In this document: in pieces, positions 27,446 through 40,310 of the stretch
Layout of the letters: each line of letters opens with the position of its first letter
Position numbering within the stretch: the first letter of the stretch is position 1
NCBI RefSeq assembly: GCF_001194135.2
Contig: NC_068987.1
Coordinates: forward strand, 105,979,731-106,033,818
Reading direction: 5' to 3'
DNA from: Octopus bimaculoides
Lineage: Eukaryota
Length of the DNA stretch: 54,088 nt
The notes under the pieces: model-generated
Seen by the model: only the letters and a program-made list of their open reading frames with translations
What the model was told of the DNA's origin: nothing
The model's database searches: none
Translations under genes and position numbers: made by a program

Positions 27446-27766
27446 AAATCGAAATCCTGGTCTCTCGGCAACCAACCCGAGAAGACTCAATGATTATTAA
27501 CACTGCAGAACAAATTTCAGGGCCAAGAAAAAAAAAACATAGTTCTTTATGTACATTTTATTATGAAGTTGATTGGGTTAAATTCGAATTTTATAACACA
27601 TTTTCTTGTAAATTACCGGCTTGATAACTATGCAACTATGCAATTTATACCAATTTCCACGATGCCATAAATTTATTTTGCTCCCAAAGTCAGATTAAAT
27701 ATGTCCATTGTAATTAATTCATAAATATATGACGAATCGGCATGTATGTTAGCATTATATAATGTA

Positions 27767-28045
27767 TTAAATTACATTTTAGTAATTACTTCTTTGTTTA
27801 TAAGCCGTTTCAGGTGTGTCATGCTCCAGGCTCCAGTGGAAGTCAACCAGCGTAGCTGAGCTCCATTTCCCCTTATACTTGTTTTCCATTGATGCTATAT
27901 CTTGATGGAACCTCTCTCCACATTCATCACTCACATCTGCATTCTCTGAGAAGGGCAAATGAGAAATGAAGAAAGTGTATCTTCAGCGACATATTGCATC
28001 CGAGGTCTTCGAAGCACTTGATTAGATTCTCCACTATACTCTCTC
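27767..28045 (-). pseudogene. C-terminal fragment of a DNA-transposon-associated protein (LGCNMSLKIHFLH family)
   Basis: ESIVENLIKCFEDLGCNMSLKIHFLH / frameshift / ENADVSDECGERFHQDIASMENKYKGKWSSATLVDFHWSLEHD, matching a widespread invertebrate transposon protein motif (SDEQGERFHQDI...RYQGRW); superfamily not verified. Confidence 0.85.
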
Positions 28046-28163
28046 GCTAGCCACAAAAACGGATGTTATATTCGTGATCTACACAAAAAATACCTCTAGA
28101 AAAAGTTCTCATTTTTGTTTTTCTTTTCATTGTTAAACAGTGTAATTATTCGCTGACCATGTA

Positions 28164-28640
28164 TACGAGGACTGACCAATAAGTATCAGGACTGTTGGCA
28201 TAGTGACGAAGCTGAAGCACACAAAGTAAAGCCACCTGGCACAGATTGACCTTAAACATTGCTGTCTATGTGCAGTAAGCTTTAACGTTTTACCTCACTC
28301 CCACTGTTTACAACAGTGCTTGGAAGAAGGTGTGTAGCGTGTAATCCTCGCATTGACCATAACAGAGAAAGTTGTCATGGCGATCCTGTTCAGCAGCCTA
28401 CACAAAGTTGCAGAAAGTGTATGGAGAGGAGTGTATGAGCCGCACATAAGTGTACGAGTGGACCAGATGTCTCCAAGATGGCCGAATAAATGTCGACGGT
28501 GACGAAAGTTCTAGGATATCTGCAACCAGCAGAACTGAGAAAAACATCGCAGATGTGCATGCAGCTACGAGGGGAAATCGTTAAATCACAATCCGTGAGT
28601 TATCAGGGAATGTGCAGATTAGTTACGGTTCAGTTATGGT
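28164..28640 (+). mobile_element. mariner-family DNA transposon, 5' TIR and transposase N-terminus (3'-truncated)
   Basis: TA followed by CGAGGACTGACCAATAAGTATC TIR; 28405-28635 reads KLQKVYGEECMSRT*VYEWTRCLQDGRINVDGDESSRISATSRTEKNIADVHAATRGNR*ITIRELSGNVQISYGSV (mariner HTH region). Confidence 0.9.
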
Positions 28641-29164
28641 ATAGTAATGCCCTTATATAAATTTATTTAAATATATATTTATGGAAAAATAATGATATTT
28701 TTTTTTCCTTATGAGGTTTTTTCAAGCTGACTACTTGATAAATTCTTATAAAGATTTTATCCTTACATTATATTATGAACAGTTAGAATATATTCAGTGC
28801 TGAATATTATTCTGTAAAATCACATGTTGCCGAAGTGTGACTTAAAAAGCCCGCCTCCTTCATGGATATATAAGGATGAACAATCGTCTATGTACTGTGT
28901 TGGGTACATCAAGGTATGTCGATTTTTGTTTATTCTTTTGTGTCTTGACCATGCGTACACTGATGAATAAAAGATGCAGCTTACTGCATAGTTTTGCTGT
29001 GTTAATTATGAAACCAGTGTTTTGCCGTTAAGTTAAAAGTTTTTAGGAGGTTAGTTTTGAAAGTTGCATTCCCTCGCAATCGGTAAAAATGTGCTTATTT
29101 TGGTAGTTTTGACTTATGAAGTCCCTCTAAGCGTGAGGCATTATTGTATAGAAATGCCCTTATA

Positions 29165-29198
<34 letters not shown>

Positions 29199-30049
29199 NN
29201 NNNNNNNNNNNNNNNNNNNNNNNNNNNNNNNNNNNNNNNNNNNNNNNNNNNNNNNNNNNNNNNNNNNNNNNNNNNNNNNNNNNNNNNNNNNNNNNNNNNN
29301 NNNNNNNNNNNNNNNNNNNNNNNNNNNNNNNNNNNNNNNNNNNNNNNNNNNNNNNNNNNNNNNNNNNNNNNNNNNNNNNNNNNNNNNNNNNNNNNNNNNN
29401 NNNNNNNNNNNNNNNNNNNNNNNNNNNNNNNNNNNNNNNNNNNNNNNNNNNNNNNNNNNNNNNNNNNNNNNNNNNNNNNNNNNNNNNNNNNNNNNNNNNN
29501 NNNNNNNNNNNNNNNNNNNNNNNNNNNNNNNNNNNNNNNNNNNNNNNNNNNNNNNNNNNNNNNNNNNNNNNNNNNNNNNNNNNNNNNNNNNNNNNNNNNN
29601 NNNNNNNNNNNNNNNNNNNNNNNNNNNNNNNNNNNNNNNNNNNNNNNNNNNNNNNNNNNNNNNNNNNATTTATATATATTAAATATATACTTTTATAAAA
29701 CAAATTTTACAAAATATATAGTATCTGTTAACAGTCTTGGCCAAAAACTCACAGTTGAGTTTTTGTATATATATATGTATACATGTCTCTTAAAGGATAG
29801 AGCTCAAAATCAATGCATTGAAGATACTTTATTGCAGCAACAATTATAATAACAGAAACAACCACAATAAGCCAAACCTATGCACATTTCAATAGGGTAT
29901 CCCGGAAAAATAAACCACATCATAAGATGTCTCGTAAAATATTGTAACAAATTACAACATATTACAAATTTCTGGATACTCCATCTCATCAGGGTCGCAT
30001 TATTGCCATCACCAATACTATTATTAGCAAAACACACACATCATCCTCT

Positions 30050-30084
<35 letters not shown>

Positions 30085-31445
30085 TGAACGTGTCTGCGTG
30101 CATGTGTGTATATCTAGTATATGACAAATCCTGTGCATGAAATACAAGATTCACTCGACTGAACTACATGCATACATTGATAAACGTGTATATGTGTGTG
30201 AGAGGGCGTTTCCTTTTGTGTATGTGTGTGTATGTATCTCTTCATATTTATTTCACTTCTAGAGACATACGGTGTTCTGTGCATAATGAAGTAACATTAA
30301 ATATTGTAATCTAATATACTTAAAACGTATACACACCATAATTTGCAAATTCAAATATTAATATTAATTTTATTACATTAATATTTGTATTTCCAAATGT
30401 ATTTATCTTGCGTGTATATGCTTCCATGTATATTTGTTAACATATATATGTATGTATGTACGTGAATATATATAGTGTGTGTGTTGTATATTTCTGTATA
30501 TATATATATATATATATTTATATATAAGTACAAATANNNNNNNNNNTATATATATGTGTGTGTATATATATATATTGTATATGTATGTATGTATGCTTAT
30601 ATTCATATGTATGTATGTATGCTTATATTCATATTTACACATATATTTGTCTGCATACAAACATACACATGTGTGAGTAGAATACTTATGTACATACATA
30701 AGCTAATTCACGCAGGTCAGCTTCTTTGTATTGTATCTCATCCTTTCTATCTCGCAGACTAAATATATCAAACAATGTAGGCTGTTAAATCTACAAGCTT
30801 GTTAGTAAACACGCTTGCACATTTAACACCGTACATTCCAGAATTCCTCGGTCCAGATGGAAGTACCAAATTGACCGTAGTAAAATACCTCATTATTCAC
30901 CAGTAGTGTATTTCTTTACCAATAACATGCTCTTCAAATTGTCCCCTCCAAGTATCTCTATTGGCTATAGTTTTAGGTGCACTCACGCTATTAAAGAGTT
31001 CGTTTCCTGAATGTGATTTTCTAAATTCTACGTAGAACTGATGTTACCAGTCTCAACAAGTAGAGATAATATAACTGCATCAGCTATTATATTATTTATT
31101 GATTAGCTGCCAATAAATAATTATTAATTAATAACTCTCGACAAATATTTTGCCAACTTGGTCACGTGGCTCGCCACACTCTATTTTTTTTTTTACTGGA
31201 AATCTTCAAAATCTGGCGTGACTCTTCAAACGTTAACGTGACCCTTGTTTTTTCAGATATCAAGCGCGAGGTAACATTTTAACAGGAACAAATAATGCTG
31301 TATTCATCTATCTGTGCAAGTGCTTGTGTATGTATATATATGCATATGTTTGTATACGTGTGTCTGTATGTATATAAACATACACACACAAACACACACA
31401 CACAAACACACACACACACACATACACACACACACATACACATGG

Positions 31446-31960
31446 AGAAATATTGATCAACAACAATTAACTTACATCAGTTATCATTTATTAATTCAAT
31501 ACAAATAGACTACATGCCATCTAACAGCTGTTTCTGTTTCCAATGTTGTATGGTGTTGCTATTGATATGCTAAAACTAATTTATCATATTTGGTAATAAA
31601 ACCGATCAAAAACATGAAGCTTCAAGAGTGAAAAATTAATAAAAAAGAAGAGCCAAGAGAAGAAAAAGGAAAAGTTGAATATGGATGTAATCATACCATT
31701 TACTTACAAGCAAAATGGTATGATTACAACCATATTCAACTGTTCCTTTTTCTTATCTAGGCTCTTCTTTTTATTTATTCTTCACTATGATAAAACTCCA
31801 TGTTTCAGATCATATCAAATATGATAAATATTTTTAGCATATCAACAGCAATACCACACAATACCAAAGCAGAAACAGCTGTTAAGTGGAATGCAGTCTA
31901 TTTGTATTAAATTAATAAATAATTATTGATGGAAGTCAATTGTTGTTCATCAATATTTCT
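31446..31960. repeat. long palindrome, ~255-bp arms with ~11-nt loop; probable inverted PLE terminal-repeat pair
   Basis: 31446-31701 aligns with the reverse complement of 31713-31960; both arms carry GAAAC-AGCT-GTT. Confidence 0.9.
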
Positions 31961-32030
31961 ACATTTTCTGTTTTCTTTAAATTTTAATTCTTGATAAACT
32001 CCTGTTTATCTTTGTCTTTCCCTATAATTT

Positions 32031-32257
32031 ATGAGCTGGCAGAAACGTTAGCACGCCGGGCGAAATGCTTAGCGGGCTTTTGTCTGCCGTTACGTTCTGC
32101 GTTCAAATTTCGCCGAGGTCGACTTTGTCTTTCATCCTTTCGGGGTCGATTAAATAAGTACAAGTTACGAACTAGGGTCGATGTAATCGATCTAATACCT
32201 TTGTCTTTCCTTGTTTGTTCCCCGTATGTCTAGATCCCTGTAGGCAATAAACAAATA
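32031..32257 (+). mobile_element. SINE family A monomer (type-1 tail)
   Basis: GAGCTGGCAGAAACGTTAGCACGCCGGG head, central block, tail GGCAATAAACAAAT. Confidence 0.9.
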
Positions 32258-32380
32258 CATATGCTTGCAACTCATACCCCTGGGTAATATACCGTTAGTA
32301 TATACCACCGGTAATATATTCCTAGCTACGTTAATCACCGCCAACATTATCATTCCATAGATACATATGTGTGTGAGTAC

Positions 32381-32429
<49 letters not shown>

Positions 32430-32776
32430 NNNNNNNNNNNNNNNNNNNNNNNNNNNNNNNNNNNNNNNNNNNNNNNNNNNNNNNNNNNNNNNNNNNNNNN
32501 NNNNNNNNNNNNNNNNNNNNNNNNNNNNNNNNNNNNNNNNNNNNNNNNNNNNNNNNNNNNNNNNNNNNNNNNNNNNNNNNNNNNNNNNNNNNNNNNNNNN
32601 NNNNNNNNNNNNNNNNNNNNNNNNNNNNNNNNNNNNNNNNNNNNNNNNNNNNNNNNNNNNNNNNNNNNNNNNNNNNNNNNNNNNNNNNNNNNNNNNNNNN
32701 NNNNNNNNNNNNNNNNNNNNNNNNNNNNNNNNNNNNNNNNNNNNNNNNNNNNNNNNNNNNNNNNNNNNNNNNNNNN

Positions 32777-32811
<35 letters not shown>

Positions 32812-33002
32812 TAAATCGTGTAGATAAGGTTATAAACCGACGTGTGTCCTCAAAAACATACCTGCATATTCCAGTCCTCCAATGGGTTTCTGTATGTGCT
32901 GTGATTTATATGAGAGTTGAGATTCTTGTAGAATACTATTAAATAGTGGGAAATATTGCTGCGTAATTACATACAAAAACAGAAGGCTGGAAATATTTGA
33001 TA

Positions 33003-33373
33003 TTACCTGTTTCAGTCAATAGACTGAGACCATGCTGGAGCACTGGCCTTGAAGAGATTTTCGCCGAAATAATCAACAACGATACTTACTTTTTAAAACT
33101 TGTTTACTGGTTGCTTTTGCCGAACCGTTAAGTTACGAGGACGTACACGAGGACGTACACAATGCCATTTGTCAAGCGCTGTTGAGGGATTAACACACAC
33201 AAAAAGACACGCGCACACGCGCGCACACAGTCACACCCACACTCAGACACACACAGAGTTTCCGTTTTCCAGATTGTCTCTCAAGGCTATATAATAGAAG
33301 AAACCTGCCCAAGGTGCCACACAGTGGGGCTGAACCCGGAACCATATGGTTCGGAAGCAAACTTCTTACTACA
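33003..33373 (-). mobile_element. diverged SINE family B
   Basis: CCATGCTGGAGCAC tail, CCGAACCGTTAAGTTACG, CA tract, CCCAAGGTGCCACACAGTGGGGCTGAACCCGGAACC head. Confidence 0.85.
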
Positions 33374-34067
33374 CATTCAGGCCTGTACGTACATACATAC
33401 ATACANNNNNNNNNNCACACACACACACACACACATATATATGTATACACACACATATCTGTGTGTGTGTATTTGCACAAACATTTCCCTCACACACATC
33501 CACACATCTATGCACACACATATATGTTTATGCACAAATGCCCACAGGCACACACGCACACACACGCACACACTTAAAAACTACAAAATATGTTACGCCA
33601 CCTTCAAGTATACCAATATCAAATTAACACGCACCCCAAAGAGGAAACTTGTACGCAGTCATTGCATTTGCCAGAAATACCAGTCAAGTTCCTTCAAGTC
33701 ACACCGAGCAATTATGAGAAAAGAAGAACTCATGATATATATAAAGGGTCTGTCACGGTTAAAATTCCTTTGATCAAAACTGTTCGAAATCAAAGACGAT
33801 ATTTGGATAGAAACAATAAAATCAAAATACAACAGTAATAGCAACAACGTCGTCACATGTCCTCCATCGTTAACCACAAGTTAGATATTGTATCTAGGCT
33901 ATGTAGCCTGGAATGCCTTTGTTCATGCGTCTACTCAATAAGAAACGAGATGGGCGGTAAGCAATCAACAACGGTATTGCCAAAACACGTGACCACCAGC
34001 AACAACAGCAAAAACAACAGGAACTGGAGCAGCACAAACGAACAGGTCGACGATAGAAAGACTCAGA

Positions 34068-34198
34068 AAAGCAATAATAAAGATATTCAAAAACCTTCAG
34101 ACGTTTGCAAAACTGCTACACAGACACGAATATTTATAGATCTAAAGATGAATTTTCCAGAAAATCACATTTTCAAAACGAACAAGTAGCAGATGTGG
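34068..34198 (+). repeat. ~130-bp dispersed direct repeat, copy 1
   Basis: about 15 mismatches and one 3-bp gap versus 41194-41321 by hand alignment. Confidence 0.9.
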
Positions 34199-36089
34199 AA
34201 TGGAATATGTACGCATTACGCATCTGCCTGTATTCTATGTATACAAGCATATTATACATATATGTATATGTTGATATATACATACATACATACATATATA
34301 TATANNNNNNNNNNNNNNNNNNNNNNNNNNNNNNNNNNNNNNNNNNNNNNNNNNNNNNNNNNNNNNNNNNNNNNNNNNNNNNNNNNNNNNNNNNNNNNNN
34401 NNNNNNNNNNNNNNNNNNNNNNNNNNNNNNNNNNNNNNNNNNNNNNNNNNNNNNNNNNNNNNNNNNNNNNNNNNNNNNNNNNNNNNNNNNNNNNNNNNNN
34501 NNNNNNNNNNNNNNNNNNNNNNNNNNNNNNNNNNNNNNNNNNNNNNNNNNNNNNNNNNNNNNNNNNNNNNNNNNNNNNNNNNNNNNNNNNATATATATAT
34601 ATATACGTATAGATATAGATATATACACACACACACTTATATGTATACATACATATGTCAACAAACAGAGCAGTGTAGTTGAAGAGTGAAATATTTACTT
34701 TATAATGAGTATAACACAACATATGCAGACTACCCTTGATGTCATTGAAGAAGTAAGGCCTACTTAAGCCTGTATATTTCACAGCACGATACGTAATACA
34801 ATCAGGAGACCGGCTGAAACAGAAATGAAAATTTCAAGATAGCTTCTCAGTATAAATTTTTAGGAGATATGAAAGTCTGAGAATAAATGAAGTGAAGCCT
34901 GTTTTGTCATAAAGTAGTTAGTTGTCATAACTCTGCTAATCATTTAACCAGATTTTTTCTCCTCTTATTCAATATTAAATTGCATATGGGTGTAGCATTA
35001 AAGGTAAACGGAGAATTAGGTATTGCCAACGTATGTCAGAGAATTAGATATTGCCAATGTATGTCACGCAATAACCACGTGTCCTTAAACGTTTACTTTG
35101 AATACTTAAACACGTAATGCATATGAAATCGCTGATAGAGGATTAATAAAAAAAAAACATGCTATTTCTAAGTCATAGGGATAAAGGTTATTAGGATACT
35201 TAATGTGGAACAAGAACGAAGAGTATTCCAGAAAATGAGGAACCAGAAAATGAAACAAAAACGAGGATAAAGTAAACAGGAAAACAGATAATTTGGTTGA
35301 TGTCTATAAGAAAAAGAACGAAAACAAATGTATTGAAGGTATGAAAGAGTAACTTTCATTGCTGAGCGGATCTGCAGAGTTTTGTGGTCGTTGAGACCAG
35401 GCGTTACAAATGTTTAGTAAGTAAATATTTGTCCATGAGAGAATATATTGAAAAGAAATGTCATTTTTAGAGTAGGGAGACCGAATACTTTGAAGTTTCG
35501 TAGAATTTGTTCCCTCTCTGCTGCAGAGTATGCACTTGTGTCTTTAATTTGCATAAGCTTTTGCTTTCAGGATCACTTTCTATTGCGGAATTTGAACGCA
35601 GGCTGCAAAGAGCCAAAACAGCACAAATATGTTTCCAAACAATCTAAAGACTGCGAAAACACCGCCCATTTTAATATGATATATTAATCTCATACTTATT
35701 TTGCTTCTGGCTAAGTTTGTCATATGAATTGCGAAAATTTAAAATAGGCATAAATATACAAATTAAATATATATTACCCTCACAAAAATATTGATAATTA
35801 ATAGCAATATATATATTTTCAAAGAAAGTCTTAGATGGAATTTAATTACAATAAATTAATATATAATTGACTTCGAGTTTAATTGTACTAAAAGAAATGT
35901 CAAGTAGCAATCTAATCTTGATAAAACTAAAGATATTCGATGTTTAACAAATATGATTTTGTAAATATTAATTTTATCTATAATGTGATCAAACGAACAC
36001 ACGTCCATACATACACTAAACTTTGATCCTGAAAATAAATCGCATTCTGTGTGCATTATACAAAGAGAGATACGGTAAAAAAATCTTTA

Positions 36090-36650
36090 AAATTTTCAAT
36101 ATATTGACTCTGTCCATATCGTCATGGAATCCATCTCAACTGCATGCAGACATCGCTGTTAGCTTACTCGACATCTTCATGGTTATTAACAATATTCCCC
36201 TGTCCAATTCTGTCTACTACAAACCCATTGAGTCCACTGTTTTCCTTTTCACCTGAAGAGCGCAAAATCTGTTATACTACCATCCCTATTCCTCCGTTTT
36301 TGTCGATGGAGCATAGATTCTGATCTCTAATCTCAATATGAAAGAATGCCACATTTTTTTTCCGCCACTGATCAAACATTTCATCGGATGCGAACACTGC
36401 ACTCTGTGGTGCACAAGCCCTCGCCACACCACATTTCTGCCTCCCTCTCTAGCGTACCTACAGACAGGAATTCTACTGTCCCTCACTTTCTTCATGAACA
36501 TCACCTATTTAAATGCGCACTTGTCTGCAACTTTCAAATTCTATTGTCGGGACATATAATAGCTCTGCCCTTTATAAGTACCATATCTCCTCGCTACAAA
36601 GATAAGAATCTCCGTGACATTTTAGATAGAAGCCTCACGGCACCCTTATT
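36090..36650 (+). mobile_element. Penelope-like retroelement RT thumb/linker fragment
   Basis: SLLDIFMVINNIPLSNSVYYKPIES and KDKNLRDILDRS resemble PLE motifs FLD..., TSVYYKPTDS and RDKNLRDILVRS. Confidence 0.7.
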
Positions 36651-36744
36651 TTTGAATAACGAGGACTAGATCAGCCAATGTGTCATTCATTTTTGAACGC
36701 GGTTGGGGTCTTATTTGAGTGAATTTGGTTGCTATTATTAGTTG

Positions 36745-36860
36745 GTTCAGCTTTGGTACACGGGCTTCAAATTACGAGTTGACATCGTGCATTTAGTTAA
36801 CTCTGGTACTTGAACTGTACTTTTTTAAAGTCGACCTCGTAATATGTGAATTTAGAAACT
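36745..36860 (-). mobile_element. highly degenerate SINE family A remnant
   Basis: reverse complement contains GAGGTCGACTTT...AAGTACCAG and an A-family-like tail. Confidence 0.4.
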
Positions 36861-37082
36861 AAAGTGACGTAGCTAACTATTGATATCTAATTTGTTGACA
36901 AGTAAACAATGAAAGATGATAATCAATCTGCAATTCTCCAGTGCATTATTCTGTGAAATGTATGTATGAGAATAAGTCTGTATTTGTCTATTTTCTGGCT
37001 ATAGTTATGTTATGATTCAGTCTCTCGACTGAAGAGTTTTATAAATATAGAAATTATTTTATTTTGCCAGTGTTTATTTGAA

Positions 37083-37927
37083 GATGTCTGATGGATGCGA
37101 ACGGTCCAATTCGGTTTCGACCGGTCTAATCCGGTTTCAAAGTTCTGGGCCCGTCTGAACTGGTTTGGAACGGTCTGATCTGGTTTGGAGCACACCGAAC
37201 CGCTGGGAAAAGGTTTGGAACCGTCTGATATTGTTTATAGCGGTCTGGACCGGTCTGATCTTGTTTGGAGATGATGTTTCAGGAAAATGCTTGATGAATG
37301 ATGTTTGACGATGTTTGATCAAAATGTTTAATGGATGCGACCATTTTGATCCGGTTTGGACCGGTCTGTTCCGGTTTAGGCAAGCCTGCACTGGTTTGAT
37401 CCGCTTTGGTTCAGTTTCGAAAGGTCTGAACGAGTTTGGACCAGTCTGAACCCGTTTGAACCAGTTTGGACCGGTTTGAAGAAAATTGATTGATGGAGCG
37501 ACCCGTGTGATACAGTTTGAAACGATTTAGACCAGTCTGGACTAGATTGAATCGGTTTCACCCGTTTTGAACCAGTTTGGATCAGTTTGAACCAAGTTGA
37601 GCCTGTCTGAACCGGTTTGAACTGGTTTTGAGATGATAATGTTTGATGATGATGTTTGACAAAGGTGTGTAATGCATGTTGTTTGATGAAGAATTTTGAT
37701 GAAGATATTTGATGAAAATTTTTGATGAAAATCTTTGATAGAATAGAACAGTCAGATCCGGTTTCCAACGGCCTGGACCTGCGTGAACTAGTTTGGACCG
37801 GTCTGATCTTGTTTCGGTCGGTCTCGACTGGTATGATTAGGTATCGATCGATCTGACCTGTTTCAACCGATATGGATCGGTCTGATGTGGTCTGATCCAG
37901 TTTGGACCGGTCTGATCCGGTTTCGAC
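37083..37927. repeat. degenerate satellite of ~10-bp units (ACCGGTTTGG / ACCGGTCTGA / TCCGGTTTCG) interleaved with GATGATGTTT blocks
   Basis: direct reading; recurring block starts near 37083, 37321, 37482 and 37731. Confidence 0.9.
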
Positions 37928-39699
37928 GCTGAAATTATCATCTTGTAAACGATGGCCAATAAGAAAGATTGAATTTAGTTGCATATGTCACTAAAAATTC
38001 TCTTCAAATCACTCCCTGGTCTATTGAAAAAGAAAAGACATTTAAATAAATAAATAATCCTATGTGAATAAGACTGGGTACTTTCTTGGAATTAAATTTG
38101 CTGAAATTGTTTTCATCATAGATGAGATCGGTCATGATAGATCTAAAATTGAGAAGTAGATGAGTGCACATATGTGCCTGGTGGTTACTGGTTATGGTAA
38201 TATCAAGTTTGGATAAACTGATACCATTTAACCACCTCAGAAATCTATAATTGTAAGTACGCACCAAGCTCAAAGAACAATACTCATAGTTAGAAGTGTG
38301 GAATACAGACACTGGTATTCCAAAACAGAGTAACAAAATAGTTTCCTAATGCTTTTTGCAAAGCCATAATATAACTCAATCTTCACTGCAGCAACTTCAT
38401 GAAATACTTATTAATAATACAATATATTAGTTTCTGAGGCCGATTAGTTGGCTTTAGTTGTCGCTTAGGTCTACTTCAGCCCTGATTAACCAATTATATG
38501 ATATATTAAGATTTTCAGCCGAATTCAACCCATTTTTGCTTCAAGCATGGGGATCCCAGACTACGTTATCCAGTAGATTCCTTCAAGTTACTACTAGGTA
38601 ACTACGACACCCAGTATATATCCTACAAAACAGTAGGATGCGAATCAAAGGAAATATCTATCAAGCTAAGTAACTGTCTTACATCAATTTACATGGCATG
38701 CTTTTGCAGTCCGGTACACGAACAATCAAGTATTAGATATCTTTCCAACAGTCACAATGCTGTATGTGGTAAGTAGTAAACGATATCTCATAGAGTTTAT
38801 GTACCCATACTCGTGCATTTGTTCCTGCTTCTATTAGTTTTCGACTTTTTTAAAGCTCTAAGACCACTAAATCGCTAAGGTTACAAGACAACCGATTAAA
38901 ACATAGGCCGTTCTTATGCAATCATTTTTGTATCTAAAAATCGAGATTCCTGCAGTAAAATATGGAAAATGTATCCAGTAACAGCATTATTTTGTTGGAT
39001 GCTGAATGTTTTATTACCACGGAGAACAGTTAGTTACTAACTACACTTGGGAAATTTTGCATGTGATTGTTTAACGTCCAACAGAGATAAAAATTTATAT
39101 ATAATCCTCTTAACAACTTAACAATCGAATATACAAGCGCAGGGAATCGTAAAACTTCACTAGAAGTACATAGGATATGCATTGGCAAATATATCTGAAG
39201 CTATAATTAAGTCACTTGTCCAACTAGATCAAGATTTACTTTCTATTTCTTCCTGAAACTATCTCATAACGCACAAGACATTAGATTATGTAGCCCTAAA
39301 CATAAATTTAAAAAAAAAACCGAAGTGTGGTCACCGGCAGAATATGTTTCGTCATAAATCTGCTCGATCGCGATTGAACTGTAGCTAAACGAGAACTCAA
39401 TAACAAACTTCCTACACAGCATGTTGTTCAGATAATAATCCGGCTACATCTAAGCGTCCATTGCAAAGATTACTGTTCTTATGTTCTCGAAAATGATCAA
39501 TGTGCGTTACATGTGTATTTTTAATAATTTTGACATTAATGGGAAGATGATGTAGTCATCAAAAGAGCAGATTTGTTTGTTTCAGAACGTGGATCTCATA
39601 TAGATTTAACTGATTGGCAATATATACTTTACTAAAGCTGCAGATAGATGCCTTTGAACGTTTTCTAAATATTGATTCTCAGTCGAATGTGTATGTACA

Positions 39700-39742
39700 T
39701 GAGTGATTGTTTGTGTACATACATACATACACACACATAAAT

Positions 39743-39777
<35 letters not shown>

Positions 39778-39970
39778 CACACACATACATACATACAATA
39801 CATACATACACACATACACATATGTACATACATACACACATACATAGGCTCATACATACATACATACATACACACATACATACGCACATACATACACGCA
39901 CGTACATACATACATACATACATGCATACATACATACATACATGCATGCATACATACACGCACACTCACA
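39700..39970. repeat. (CATA)n/(CA)n compound microsatellite
   Basis: direct reading. Confidence 0.95.
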
Positions 39971-40131
39971 TAACTAAAACGTTAGCATCAGTGTACTTTG
40001 AATAAATCTATGATAGCCAGTATTGCGAGTGGAAATTAAAACTTATTAAATACACGTGACAAACAGTTGACTCCTAAGACTGAAAGGCAAGCGGCACAGC
40101 AGCAAAACAGGTTACAGATTCATATTACAAA

Positions 40132-40310
40132 TCGCTAACCACTACACACATCTTTTTTCTCTCCTTGTTTCTTTCTGTCTTCCTTTCTGTGGAAGAGCGT
40201 AGGTTCGAAACGTTAAAGACTTTTTCAATTTCCGAGCGTTATACTAATACATCTGTTTGTTTTCTACACCACCTGTCTTCGTCTGTTTTTATTTTTGTGA
40301 ATTCTCCCTA
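40132..40310 (+). mobile_element. dispersed repeat, probable Penelope-type terminal repeat with a hammerhead-like motif (copy 2)
   Basis: aligns with 3497-3677; CTTT-CTGTGGA-A-GAGC-GTAG-GTTC-GAAA-CGTT-AAAG at 40183-40218. Confidence 0.6.

Noticed and set aside
35011-35066. 28-bp tandem duplication
   Set aside because: Two copies only; ordinary slippage or repair event
37083-37927. CRISPR-like array or 202-aa repetitive protein (ORF 37376..37984)
   Set aside because: No constant repeat with unique spacers, eukaryotic context, and the ORF simply reflects the satellite
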